A stretch of 64,000 nt of DNA, from assembly GCA_002269645.1 (NCBI GenBank), contig NIVC01000506.1:372001-436000 (forward strand). The letters are read 5' to 3'. The notes under the pieces were generated by a model. The model made no database searches. It was not told the DNA's origin and saw nothing but the letters and a program-made list of their open reading frames with translations. The stretch comes from Macrostomum lignano. Taxonomy: Eukaryota. Both the position numbers and the translations under genes were made by a program. Positions 37,582 through 50,026 of this stretch are shown here, piece by piece. Positions within the stretch are counted from its first letter, which is position 1, and each line of letters starts with the position of its first letter.

Positions 37582-39153
37582 TCAAGCTCTGACTTCGGCT
37601 GGGATCGTCGCCGATGACACCGCCACAGCCGCCTCGGTCTCCACGGTTGCCGTGGATTGTCGCTGTCGCTGCGGGCTGGCGCCGGTCCTCAGCTCGCGCA
37701 TCAGCAGCGCCTGCGTCTCCTGCACCCGCTCCGGCGTGGCCGGCCACAGACGGCGAAGTGGCGTCTGCGGCGGAGACGCGAGCGACAGCGCCGGGGAGCG
37801 GCTCGGCCCGTAGCCGAACTCGCCGTAGCGACCGAAGTTGGCGGGCGAAGGCGGCGCCTGCATTGGCGAATGCGGCGGCTGTCGTCTTCGACCGCCGTTC
37901 ATCTGGCCGCCGCTGTTGCTGCCGCAGGCTCCGCCTCGGCCGCCGCGGCGCCGCCGGCAGCTAAGCAGGCTGATGAATGCGCGGCGAAAGTCGCGCATCG
38001 AGTGCGCGTAGATTGCCGGGTTCACCGAGCTGTTCACGTAGCCGAGCCACGTGACCACCGCGAATATCTGCGCCTCGCTGGCGCCAAGGCCGCCGTCGCT
38101 GAGGGCGGAGATCACGTTGCAGACAAAGAAGGGCATCCAGCAGGCGATGAAGACGCCCATCACAATGCCCAGGGTCTTGGCGGCGCGCTGCTCACGAGAG
38201 AACCTTAGCAACTTCTTGCGCACGCCGAAGCTGCTACGGAGTCGGCGGGCGAAACCCCGGGCGCCGCCTCCGGCGTTGTGCTCGTCATCGTCATCGCTGC
38301 CGGCCGTGATTTCGTCCATCGCCACGCCACCCCCGTCGCAGAAGCAGCTTTGATCGTCCTCCCGTCGACTACTAACGCCGACGGCACCCGCACCGGCCGC
38401 GCCGCAACTGGTTCCGCCGCGATTGATTCGAAGCACCACGGACGTTTGCAGGCCTCTGCCGCGCAGTACCTTGGCGCCGGATTGCCAGCCTCTGACGAGG
38501 TGCACCGCAGTGCGGTAGATCTTCCAGTACACGAACAGCATCACGAGCAGAGGCGCGTAGAAAGAGACGATGGAGGAGCAGATTAAGTAAGCTGGATCGC
38601 TCGTAAATTTACATCTCGCTGACGTCGGATGCGAGGCCGCCACCTTCATTGACGGCTCGGCGGCGTGCCACCAGGCGATGGCGGGGAAGCTGATGAGGCT
38701 GGCGCAGACCCAGACCACGCCGATCATCACCAAGCAGCGGCGCTTTGTCACCTTGGACGGGTAGCTCATGGGGTTCTCGATGGCCCAGTACCTCTCGATG
38801 GCGATCATGCACAGGTTGAGGATGCTTGCCGTCGAGCTCAGCACGTCGAACGCGTGCCACAGGTCGCACCAGGTGGCGCCAAACGGCCAGCGATCGTTGG
38901 TGACGTGACTCGCCACGGCGAACGGCATGACGACGGCGCCCATGAGCAGGTCGGCGGTGGCCAGCGACACGATGAAATAGTTGGTGATGGAGCGGAGATA
39001 GTGCTCCCGTAGCACGGCCACAATGACCAGCGAGTTGCCGAACACGGTGACGCAGACGAAGACGGACAGCAGGCAGCCGAGCGCCGCGTCCTGCACTCTG
39101 ATGGTCGGGTTCGTGGCGTTGGCGAGGACTTCCGCAGCGCTGGAGTTCGCCAT
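37582..39153 (-). CDS. Dop1R2: Intronless aminergic GPCR, invertebrate D1-like dopamine receptor (Dop1R2/INDR type); probable start MANSS at 39153
   Basis: TNYFIVSLATADLL, WHAFDVLSSTASILNLCMIAIERYWAI (TM3 Asp), ISFPAIAWW, TM5 serines SSIVSFY, REQRAAKTLGIVMGVFIACWMPFF, NPAIY. Confidence 0.88.
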   Translation of the reverse strand: MANSSAAEVLANATNPTIRVQDAALGCLLSVFVCVTVFGNSLVIVAVLREHYLRSITNYFIVSLATADLLMGAVVMPFAVASHVTNDRWPFGATWCDLWHAFDVLSSTASILNLCMIAIERYWAIENPMSYPSKVTKRRCLVMIGVVWVCASLISFPAIAWWHAAEPSMKVAASHPTSARCKFTSDPAYLICSSIVSFYAPLLVMLFVYWKIYRTAVHLVRGWQSGAKVLRGRGLQTSVVLRINRGGTSCGAAGAGAVGVSSRREDDQSCFCDGGGVAMDEITAGSDDDDEHNAGGGARGFARRLRSSFGVRKKLLRFSREQRAAKTLGIVMGVFIACWMPFFVCNVISALSDGGLGASEAQIFAVVTWLGYVNSSVNPAIYAHSMRDFRRAFISLLSCRRRRGGRGGACGSNSGGQMNGGRRRQPPHSPMQAPPSPANFGRYGEFGYGPSRSPALSLASPPQTPLRRLWPATPERVQETQALLMRELRTGASPQRQRQSTATVETEAAVAVSSATIPAEVRA

Positions 39154-39599
39154 GGCCTTGCAGGGAAAATCGGAAAGCATCGAAGCAATCGAAAACTTTT
39201 TGAATTTTAAGGGCGAGCGCGCTCCGGACGGGCGGCACTCTGGCTGGGCGGATGTGCCAGCTGCGAGTGGGCGTCAGTCGGGAGCCAATGGGGATCTCGG
39301 CTTGTGACCAGCTTCCCGTTTCTGCTCAACCGGCAGTGTTCTTCATTGCTCCAGAAACAGCAGGTAGGGCGCTGCTTATCTTGCCCTGAGAAAGAACCCA
39401 TAGAAAGAGGATGTAAAACGCTTTTGTCTGAGCTTTTACCAACCTCAGTTTAAAAATCATTAAGCTTCAAGTTTGTAAAAAAGGTCGCGGACTACTCAAG
39501 CAGAAAGGCGCAACACGTGTGAATTGTGCAAGAGCACGTAGTAAAATTTGTTGCACAATATACACGAAATTCTGTCCTTTTTGAAGGCCCAAATCGCTT

Positions 39600-39960
39600 C
39601 GTAGCGTATCGTAGCGTAGATGAGAGAGGCGCTCCTGGCTGGGTTGCGGTGGGCCGAGGTTTATGCCATAGACGTCTCTGAGTTGCCCACATTCCAGCCT
39701 CCAAAAATCCCTTGATTGCGACGCGAAGCGTCTGGAGAATTTGCGAAATGAAATTCTTACTGCATCCGGCTTTGCTCTGGAGTTTAGTCTCGAATATATC
39801 CAGAGAAAAATAGAGATTAACGGTCCCCTTCGTGTGCCAACTGCAAGACTGTAGACGAATGTTCAATCAATACACTGGCCTGACAGTACCTGGAATTGGA
39901 CACATTCTTGCGTTTCACAATGTCCTTTTGGATGGCCTTGCATCCGATCTGGCCGCCGAA
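39600..39960 (-). pseudogene. Possible highly decayed DDE integrase relic (KRBA2/SCAND3, Ginger-like)
   Basis: Collinear fragments NSRYCQASVLIE, SLDIFETKLQSKAG...FISQILQTL and MWATQRRLWHKPRPTATQPG resemble recalled motifs NSRCQVDLID, LLDIF...LQSDNGREF and MWP...HGKPRHSQSQG. Confidence 0.4.
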
Positions 39961-41460
39961 GCGAAGTGAAACGACATAATGATGCCTCGGATTTCTACAA
40001 GGGCGAATCCATCACGCAAGTGCACAAATAATTGCATCCGGGTCTGCTGTCGTCCCGACTCTATCAAACAAAGGTATTGCAATCGGCGACATCCAGTGTG
40101 TTACTGGTCACAATCGACCCGATTCAGTCCTGATGTACATAAAGCGTATTTCACCAGCAAAGAACCGGCATTGTCATTCTTTCTGTGCGGTTCTGTGCTG
40201 AAATTCGAAAACTGCATATTATCCTGCATGTTTGTCGGACATATTGCAAGGATTATTGTATGTATCTAAATAAGCGAGCTTCTCTCTTTTTTTCCTTCGT
40301 GAGTCGAGAAATTTCTTAATGAAATTTTGTCTATGGTGAGAATGTGGGGGCTTCGCCTCCACACCCCCAGCAGGGGCTTCGCCCCAACACCCCATCCCCA
40401 ACTTCAACCATAGACATACAGGTATGGCTCCGGGATTTATCTGAATACATCCCGCAAAATTAAAGTAGTTTAAATAAGATATTCTATGGGTTTTTCGGTC
40501 GGTATTTCACGGTAATCACATACCGACCTCAAACCCATATAATATCTTATACGCAAAATGCTTATTACCAGTTACTTTTTTCGATTCACAAAATTAGGAG
40601 CTAGTTTTGGCCATAGACAATTCTTATATTTTATTCTTTCTTTCTTTCTCTAGAGCTGGTGTGCAAGTGTGGGGGCGGAGCGCCCACTTGACCCCTGTCT
40701 TCTGACTTTGCCATAGACATTTGCAGCGGGCCGTGAAACCGACTGAATGCATGTGAGTAAATGGAATTTTACCATAGACAGTCCCAGCGGGCAGTGAAAT
40801 GCGGTTTCTCGTCCGCTAACTAAAACACTAATATGGATGGGCTGCAGAGTGCAGAAACGAGCTATATTAGTATATTTCAATAATGATTCAAGTATTTTCT
40901 ATTGTCTATGTCCCAGCAAGACAGCGGGCAGAGGATGGGCCGCTCCTAAAGCAGTCCTAACCAAGTCCCAAATTAGCTCGTAAAAAGGTCACCGGAATCG
41001 AAGCAGGGGTCGTGGTAGTCTGGCATACAATTCGGTTCAATTCATGCATTCGTAAAGGCAATGCCTTCGCCATGTGGGAGTTAATTAGCTTTAGCAGAAA
41101 ATAAGCTTTGTTTATACGAGCTCCAAAATAAATTTTGCGCTCAGTGCTAAATATATATTTATTATGGCCAATTAAGTATTTGATTCGCCGGTGTTGCCGA
41201 CAGTCCACACGAAAATGCCACCCTCGAAAAAATAAGATTTGAGAGATAAGAAAAAATTGCTAATGATGCCGTTGCCTTGGCTCAGGGACTCTTGCAGCCC
41301 TGTGTCTGGAGAGAGGGAGAAAGAGAGGAAGAGATGAGGGAGTCTGGGCAACCCGCAAAGAAGAGCTATATGGTCATCTTCCAGGCGGAAGCGCGCCCGA
41401 GCAACGTCTGCCACCCAAACTGCTGAGGTCATCGCTCTGACACTTAACGATGCCAATTAG

Positions 41461-43678
41461 CGTGCTGTGCAGAGGTGTGTTTACGCTGTCTGCAGCGGAG
41501 AGGTGTGTTCACGCTGTCTGCAGCGGAGAGGTGTGTTTATGCTGTCTGCAGCGGAGAGGTGTGTTCACGCTGTCTGCAGCGGAGAGGTGTGTTTATGCTG
41601 TCTGCAGCGGAGAGGTGTGTTTATGCTGTTTGCAGCGGAGAGGTGTGTTTATGCTGTCTGCAGCGGAGAGGTGTGTTTATCCTGTCTGCAGCGGAGAGGT
41701 GTGTTTATGCTGTTTGCAGCGGAGAGGTGTGTTTATACTGTCTGCAGCGGAGAGGTGTGTTTATCCTGTTTGCAGCGGAGAGGTGTGTTTATGCTGTCTG
41801 CAGCGGAGAGGTGTGTTTATGCTGTCTGCAGCGGAGAGGTGTGTTTACGCTGTCTGCAGCGGAGAGGTGTGTTTATGCTGTTTGCAGCGGAGAGGTGTGT
41901 TTATACTGTCTGCAGCGGAGAGGTGTGTTTATCCTGTTTGCAGCGGAGAGGTGTGTTTACGCTGTCTGCAGCGGAGAGGTGTGTTTATCCTGTTTGCAGC
42001 GGAAAGGTGTGTTTATGCTATCTGCAGCGGAGAGGTGTGTTTACGCTGTCTGCAGCGGAGAGGTGTGTTTATCCTGTTTGCAGCGGAAAGGTGTGTTTAT
42101 GCTATCTGCAGCAGAGAGGTGTGTTTGTGCTGTTTGCAGCGGAGATGTGTGTTTATGCTGTCTGCAGCGGAGAGGTGTGTTTACGCTGTCTGCAGCGGAG
42201 AGGTGTGTTTATGCTGTCTGCAGCGGAGAGGTGTGTTTACGCTGTCTGCAGCGGAGAGGTGTGTTTATACTGTCTGCAGCGGAGAGGTGTGTTTACGCTG
42301 TCTGCAGCGGAGAGGTGTGTTTACGCTGTCTGCAGCGGAGAGGTGTGTTTATGCTGTCTGCAGCGGAGAGGTGTGTTTACGCTGTTTGCAGCGGAGAGGT
42401 GTGTTTATCCTGTTTGCAGCGGAGAGGTGTGTTTACGCTGTCTGCAGCGGAGAGGTGTGTTTATGCTGTCTGCAGCGGAGAGGTGTTTTTATGCTGTCTG
42501 CAGCGGAGAGGTGTGTTTACGCTGTCTGCAGCGGAGAGGTGTGTTTACGCTGTTTGCAGCGGAGAGGTGTGTTTATACTGTCTGCAGCGGAGAGGTGTGT
42601 TTATCCTGTTTGCAGCGGAGAGGTGTGTTTATGCTGTCTGCAGCGGAGAGGTGTGTTTATGCTGTCTGCAGCGGAGAGGTGTGTTTACGCTGTCTGCAGC
42701 GGAGAGGTGTGTTTATGCTGTTTGCAGCGGAGAGGTGTGTTTATACTGTTTGCAGCGGAGAGGTGTGTTTATCCTGTTTGCAGCGGAGAGGTGTGTTTAC
42801 GCTGTCTGCAAGCGGAGAGGTGTGTTTATCCTGTTTGCAGCGGAGAGGTGTGTTTATCCTGTTTGCAGCGGAGAGGTGTGTTTATGCTGTCTGCAGCGGA
42901 GAGGTGTGTTTATGCTGTCTGCAGCGGAGAGGTGTGTTTACGCTGTCTGCAGCGGAGAGGTGTGTTTATGCTGTTTGCAGCGGAGAGGTGTGTTTATACT
43001 GTCTGCAGCGGAGAGGTGTGTTTATCCTGTTTGCAGCGGAGAGGTGTGTTTACGCTGTCTGCAGCGGAGAGGTGTGTTTATCCTGTTTGCAGCGGAGAGG
43101 TGTGTTTATCCTGTTTGCAGCGGAGAGGTGTGTTTACGCTGTCTGCAGCGGAGAGGTGTGTTTATCCTGTTTGCAGCGGAAAGGTGTGTTTATGCTATCT
43201 GCAGCGGAGAGGTGTGTTTATGCTGTCTGCAGCGGAGATGTGTGTTTATGCTGTCTGCAGCGGAGAGGTGTGTTTACGCTGTCTGCAGCGGAGAGGTGTG
43301 TTTATGCTGTTTGCAGCGGAGAGGTGTGTTTATACTGTCTGCAGCGGAGAGGTGTGTTTATGCTGTCTGCAGCGGAGAGGTGTTTTTATGCTGTCTGCAG
43401 CGGAGAGGTGTGTTTACGCTGTCTGCAGCGGAGAGGTGTGTTTATGCTGTCTGCAGCGGAGAGGTGTGTTTACGCTGTCTGCAGCGGAGAGGTGTGTTTA
43501 TACTGTCTGCAGCGGAGAGGTGTGTTTATGCTGTTTGCAGCGGAGAGGTGTGTTTATGCTGTTTGCAGCGGAGAGGTGTGTTTACGCTGTCTGCAGCGGA
43601 GAGGTGTGTTTACGCTGTTTGCAGCGGAGAGGTGTGTTTATGCTGTCTGCAGCGGAGAGGTGTGTTTACGAGTATGCT
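41461..43678. repeat. 28-bp minisatellite (TGCAGCGGAGAGGTGTGTTTATGCTGTC), about 79 copies
   Basis: Periodicity; the three ~750-aa ORFs are the same repeat read in three frames. Confidence 0.97.
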
Positions 43679-44083
43679 GTGTAAGGTCCCTCTACCATTA
43701 AACTACCGGGTACTACGCTCAGGCAGGGAGGAGCTGTGTTTGTGTGTGCTCACTGTCTCTTGTCTGTCAGCAGCTTAAGGAAATTTTTAGCTAAAAAGGT
43801 GACGAAAGTAAAACTGTCTGCCTGCAGAATGAACTCAAAATTTGCAGACTGCTCTGAAAAAAACCCAGCCGGGTAATTTATTGCCGTTGTTGGCATGGCA
43901 ACCATCCAAAGTTTTCGATGCGTCGGGCTCAAAAGAATATTAACCTTCTATTGGGATTTTGGCTTGAAAATTCTGATGCACAGCTTTAAGGCAAGGAAAT
44001 TTTAAGGTCGCTTGGTTTTGATGAGGTGAGCACTAACCTGGGGGACTGCAAGGCGGCTCTAAGCACTATGGGTATAAGTGGCC

Positions 44084-44367
44084 TCGGAAATCGCCCCTAA
44101 TGCATTGAAAGTCGCCCCTAATGCATCGGAAACCGCCCCTAATGCATCGAAAACCGCCCCTAATGCATCGGAAACCGCCCCCAATGCATCGGAAACCGCC
44201 CCTAATGCATCGGAAACCGCCCCTAATGCATCGGAAAACGCCCCTAATACATCGGAAACCGCCCCTAATGCAACGAAAATCGCCCCTAATGCATCGGAAA
44301 ACGCCCCTAATGCATCGGAAACCGCCCCTAATGCATCGGAAACCGCCCCTAATGCATCGGAAATCGC
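44084..44367. repeat. 21-bp minisatellite (GCCCCTAATGCATCGGAAACC), about 13 copies
   Basis: Direct periodicity. Confidence 0.93.
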
Positions 44368-44389
44368 TCCTGACCTACTTTCCGAATTC

Positions 44390-46950
44390 CCGGCAGTGCA
44401 AGTGTGGCTGCCCTGGCGCACCAGTCTGAGCTGCATGACTTTTCATGCCGCCCAAACCTCGCAGATGCGCGAGCGAATCAATCAACTTCGGCCAAATTCC
44501 CTGGCAGCGGGAGTTCCGCGATCTGCCTGCTAATTATAAGGCTGGCGACGGACTCTGGGGTGGACTCAGAGTCCTCATTCCAAGACAGATAAGGAGGATA
44601 GTCACTGGAAAATGTGTCAGATGCTGTGACAGATACATGCGCGATTGTGAAGGCTGCTTCATCTATCAGAGCTGAATTAACTGCCGAGACCAGCGCCCAC
44701 CTGCAGTACCGATGCTCAGTGCACCCTAGTGACAGCCGTAGACTAGTTTTACTCATGAACTCAGGTTCGTTACTAATTTATGACACCGTCTCGCACTGAC
44801 AGTCCGCCTTAGGGTGGCCAACCCGTATAGCAAACTGATGACGACTGGTTAAATGATTTTTTTAATTACAAAGTACAATTTCCATACTTTCATCCTTTTC
44901 CTGTATTTCCTTTGTTTGGCCTTCATAGACCGGCTTGTACCAGCGGTCAAACGACAGTCTTAGCTGAGCAAATTTCCTCTTAGCTCAACCTCTCTAGCAT
45001 CGTATCGAACGAACTTCTCGGTTGAGTTGCATTTTGGGCCAATGTTTCATCAAGCATGTATCTGCGACAGAGCCAGAAAAGGGAGAGAGGGAGCCGCTCC
45101 CGACTCAAGCATTTATTGCCACTGGATCCGAGCTGGAAGTGGGAGGCTGCCTGTCGAATTTCGTGCCCACTGAGGCGAGCTGGCGGTGCACTCGATATCC
45201 GTGCTGCTTGACTAGAAATTCTACTGCAGTTGCATTGCAGGAATTTGAGAGACACGCGGAGTGACATGGAAGAACCCTGATGGACACACCCTCGCGCAAC
45301 CCCCGAGAGAAGCGAAGTTGATTGTCGGAGCCACGGAAATTGCGCGCCCAGGCGTGAAAATACGCTGGCCGAATTTCTGCAACAAAGTAAGAGACACGAG
45401 CGACCTCTCTGACCCCAACAAGTATTCTCCAGTTTCAGCACATCAAGATTACATGCTGCATGCTGATGATTTGATGCTCAGCACCGCTTGGCTCAGTTTT
45501 ATGCCGAAGACTGGGAAACCTATCATCATATTCGGAGCTTGACCGCGAGCACCCTGTTCCAAATAACAGGCCTTCAGTTTTCCTTTTCCCAGTTTCAGAG
45601 AACTTTCTTGCTGGAGTATGGAGGTGACGAAGTCGGCTGCAAAGACTTTAAATCTCGAACTGTAGAAAATGTATCCAATTAAAACACGAGAAACTATTAA
45701 GACTCAGCAAGAAGATGCAGTTAGCAAAAGAGTTCAACTAGCAGACTTCAATACAGTCGGTCCTTGTCTACTGGTTCACACTCGCAAGCGCCAAGTTGCA
45801 TCAAAGGATGTTCCAATTCTGTCTGTTACTCTTCTGTATCCGTGGCAATACAGTAAGCAAACAACTTGGAAAGCCAGAAGCAGTTGTAGCGCGGTTGTCA
45901 AGTTCTCGTATCCTTGCAGCGATTGAAGTTCGGACAGTCGGTTTTTCATCCCACCTGGATGGATCGAACCGTGTTGTACTGTTAATCTTGTCAGCACGGT
46001 TGAAGGTACTGGGAAACTGTGACAAGCGAACAATGCGATGCAAAGAGGCAGCACCTTCGATTAGAAAGTTGCTTTCACATTTCAGAGAAACCCGATCGAT
46101 CGCATAGTAGCTGTTTGTGGATTTTTGAAATCCACAAGTTCTGAGGTCGAGGTGGTCAAGAGGTAAAAGTGCATCGCGGCTTCTACTGAAGCTAGTTATA
46201 CGGTAGGCGCCATCATCAGAGTCACTCATTGTGGGGGAAAATCGGGAAAATCTCAGAGTAGAGCAGGGGTAAATGAACACGAACTGACTCAAGCGGACAA
46301 GACCTGGCAAATGAGTCTCGTGCTCGTCATTCTCAGCCTATTACCGTTTGGCAAAAGCAGCATGACGTACTTTCTGGACGTATTGCGTTCGTACAAATTC
46401 CCAACTATCTGATGACGCGCGTATAGCAGCAGAAAGTCCACCGCGGAGTTGCTACCCACACCGAAATGACATGCTCGAGAACCTACGGCAAGCCTTCAGT
46501 CTGTTGATCTCAACTGACAGTCCGCAATTTCACTACTCTTAATAGCAAACAGTTGGCTCTCAGGATCCGCTAGGAAGCCCTCCTGTGGGCCTTCTCTCCA
46601 ACTTCCCAATTCAGGGGAGCCTCGAGCCTCGCTGAAGTGTTAATTACTGCCGCGCCGTGGAATGAATTCGTCGCAGGAGCTGGCGGCGCCTCATTTGCAT
46701 TCAGAGGAAGCCGCGCTGTCCCCGGGGCTGGAGGGGGGCGATAAGGAGCGGAGAGAGGCGAGAGAGGAGGGAAATACAGGCCCAATAGCGTCTTTGATCA
46801 TTGCAGCTCGAGTCCAAATAGACGGTATGCGAGGCTCGACCAGTTGGAGCACTCTCACGACTCACAGTCTGATTTGAGAGAAGGACAAACAAATGAGTTG
46901 CGACAGATTGTCACTTCTTATAGGGAGAAGGATTACTTTATATCTTACTG
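44390..46950 (+). pseudogene. WDR11: Probable decayed WDR11-like WD40 gene spread over several frames
   Basis: Collinear fragments resemble recalled WDR11 segments: CSVHPSDSRRLVLLMNSGSLLIYD; LSCILGQ; GGCLSNFVP; RH..ETRGVTW; DWETYHHIRSL...ITGLQFS; FCIRGNTV; EVRTVGFS...GSNRVV; SQFRGASSLAEVLITAA; GQTNELRQIV. Many stops and frameshifts. Confidence 0.5.
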
Positions 46951-47467
46951 CTCACCCACATTGAAACGTCGTGGAAAATTGAAATGTCATTGAATTTTGC
47001 CGAGACTTCAATAGCTGTTGGAAACGACTGCAGCTTTTAAGACTTTGGAATAAGTCTGAGCGTATGGACAACCATGGACAACCATGGACAACCATGGACA
47101 ACCATGAAATGCCTGTCAGGGCAGGTTGGAAAACGGAATTTTCAAAGTCGGAAAAATTACCAAGCAAGGAATTCGAAGCCGCTCCACCCTTGTGAAGGCC
47201 CCTCTCAGACGATGGCCCCATGATTCAAGCTCAGCAAAAAGTACGAAACCAAAAACTCGACCCCACAAAATTGAACTTCGGTGTTCCCACTGCTCAGACA
47301 AGAATTCAGTCGAAGAATGCACTTAACTTCACTTAAGAGGCTTTTGAGTTTTTCTGAGTTTTGCTCAGAAATGATCGATTTTAGATTTGAAAAATTTTTA
47401 TGGAATGGTACTGAGTGACCTAAAAGTTAAATTATCCTTATCCGGTTGAATTCACTGCTTGAAGATT

Positions 47468-47885
<418 letters not shown>

Positions 47886-49459
47886 TGCACAGAGAACAGC
47901 GGTAGAGGCCGGATTGCAGGGTTCGCCGCAGAGTGCATTAAACTGAGGTTACTGCAAAGCGATTCTGTTGAGAAAATAAAATAATTGGAACTCATCCTTC
48001 AGCGCTGCAACGGGCTGCACGGTGGCTGACCGCCCCGCCAGACGGATTTCGCAGTTGCCACGCACTCGACCTGGCATTGGGCCATCAGCTCGGCTCCGTG
48101 TTCTCATTAGCTGGCGAGTTCTGCAGGCCGGCAGGTTCCAGGTGAGTCGCGTCAGTCCCGGCACTCGAGCCGGGCAGGAGAGGTGGAGGGGGGGGGGGTT
48201 CGGCCGCGCCAATTAGGCCAGCGGCACCGGAGCCTGTTCTGGGCGGGCTCCTCTGTCTCTGCTCCGGTAAGTTCTGGGAAATCTCGCTGGCAAGATGAGC
48301 CGCCGCGCTGCTGCTGCTGCTGCTGCTTTCCTGTGTGAGAGTTTCTGCTAATGATCTTGTTAACCGGGTGCAGACTCAATGCTGCTGTATTGCGTAAACC
48401 AGTACAGGATTTGCCTGATCCAGTCGTTCAGGCTCTGCCAAACCTGTCACTTGCTACTGACAGTAGAGCAAAGCGACGCAGACTATCATCATCTATCTAA
48501 AAAGTGGGTGTCAAGTGAAGCGCTGAAGCGGAGCCCGAAGTTGAAGCCGCTCTCGAGTTTTGAGTTGTAAAAAATTCCCTGTTAGAGCCCAGAGGACGGC
48601 TCAAAGGACGGGTCAAAGTTAAATGCGGGTTGAAAACTCTATCTTTCTCAGTTTTACGCTCCCAATTCATGTATTAAGGAAAGCTAGCTCGTATGCCTTG
48701 ATAGCATTAGGGCGAAATGATTGACAGGAATTCAAAATCAAATCGAGACGAAGGCCATGAAAAGCTCCGACCGAGGGCAGACTTTGGATTGGATTGCTAG
48801 TCTATCTCAAGTATTGTACGAATAACTGTAGGTCATAAAGTCTGCAGAAGCTTTGCTGACTTCATTGCGACAGGCCAGTAGTACCTTAGAGAATTCCAAG
48901 CTATAGGACTGAAAAAGTGCATCCTGGAAAGCTGCAGAAGAGTTATGGCCACATTGGAACCCCATCGACCGAATTTATGACCAATGAAGAGCAGCAGGCG
49001 GTCGGGCAGGACTGAGGGTGGCTGGCAGTGTGTAAGCTGCGTGTTGGGCGGCACAGAACTAATTGGAAAGCAGGTCGGGGCAACCGGCAGCTTGCCGGCC
49101 AACAAAGTGGACTTCGTGGCCCCGGTGCGATGCAGCTAGGAGGCTGGGAGGCCAATTTAGTCAACTCGCGGATCCTGCGTCCCCTGATCCCCTCTCCGAT
49201 CGGTGCGTTTATCTCCCACTGGATCCCTCGCGCGCTTTCACTCCACCATGTCTATTTGTTATCTGCGGCGATCCGCTCTGACATACCGGAGCTTGGCTTC
49301 TGGGGGACCGTGGTGTGGGGCCTGGATGCCACTACAAGGCGGCAGAGTCTCGCGTTCTCTGCCAGAGGTGGCTGAGGCAAGGAGAAACCCTGAACCGAAA
49401 AGTCAATTCTATAGCCACACCTTTGATTCTCCGGTCTTAAAAAGACAGCAAATAAAGCT

Positions 49460-49748
49460 TGTCTGATGTTGAATGTCCCTTGACAATGAGGTTGGATGTC
49501 CTATGACAATGAGGTTCGATGTCCTTTAACAAGAGGTTGAATGTCCCTTGACAATGAGGTTGGATGTCCCTTGACAATGAGGTTGGATGTCCTTTGACAA
49601 TGAGATTGGATGTCCCTTGACAATGAGGTTGGATGTCCCTTGACAATGAGGTTGGATGTTCTATGACAATGAGGTTGGATGTCCCTTGACAATGAGGTTG
49701 GATGTCATATGACAATGAGGTTGGATGTCATATGACAATGAGGTTGGA
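49460..49748. repeat. 23-bp minisatellite (CCCTTGACAATGAGGTTGGATGT)
   Basis: Direct periodicity. Confidence 0.92.
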
Positions 49749-49764
49749 TTTTCCTTTCCTGGCT

Positions 49765-50026
49765 GGCCAGTGCATCGCTCTCGGGCACCCAATCCAGGCT
49801 CTAGCACAAGATCTCCTTGGCGCAGGCCAGCGCATCGGTCTCGGGCACCCAATCCAGGCTCTAGCACAAGATCTCCTTGGCGCAGGCCAGTGCATCGGTC
49901 TCGGGCACCCAATCCAGGCTCTAGCACAAGATCTCCTTGGCGCAGGCCAGCGCATCGGTCTCGGGCACCCAATCCAGGCTCTAGCACAAGATCTCCTTGG
50001 CGCAGGCCAGCGCATCGGTCTCGGGC
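49765..50026. repeat. 60-bp tandem repeat, about 4.4 near-identical copies
   Basis: Units start at 49765, 49825, 49885, 49945 and 50005. Confidence 0.95.

Noticed and set aside
37614-39307. Antisense and alternate-frame ORFs overlapping the GPCR, Cbl and TRPV genes
   Set aside because: Expected shadows of GC3-rich coding sequence; no recognisable motifs.
41450-43778. Three 744-767-aa Cys-rich ORFs
   Set aside because: They are one 28-bp satellite that lacks stops in all three plus-strand frames; the unit length is not a multiple of 3 and there is no coding context.
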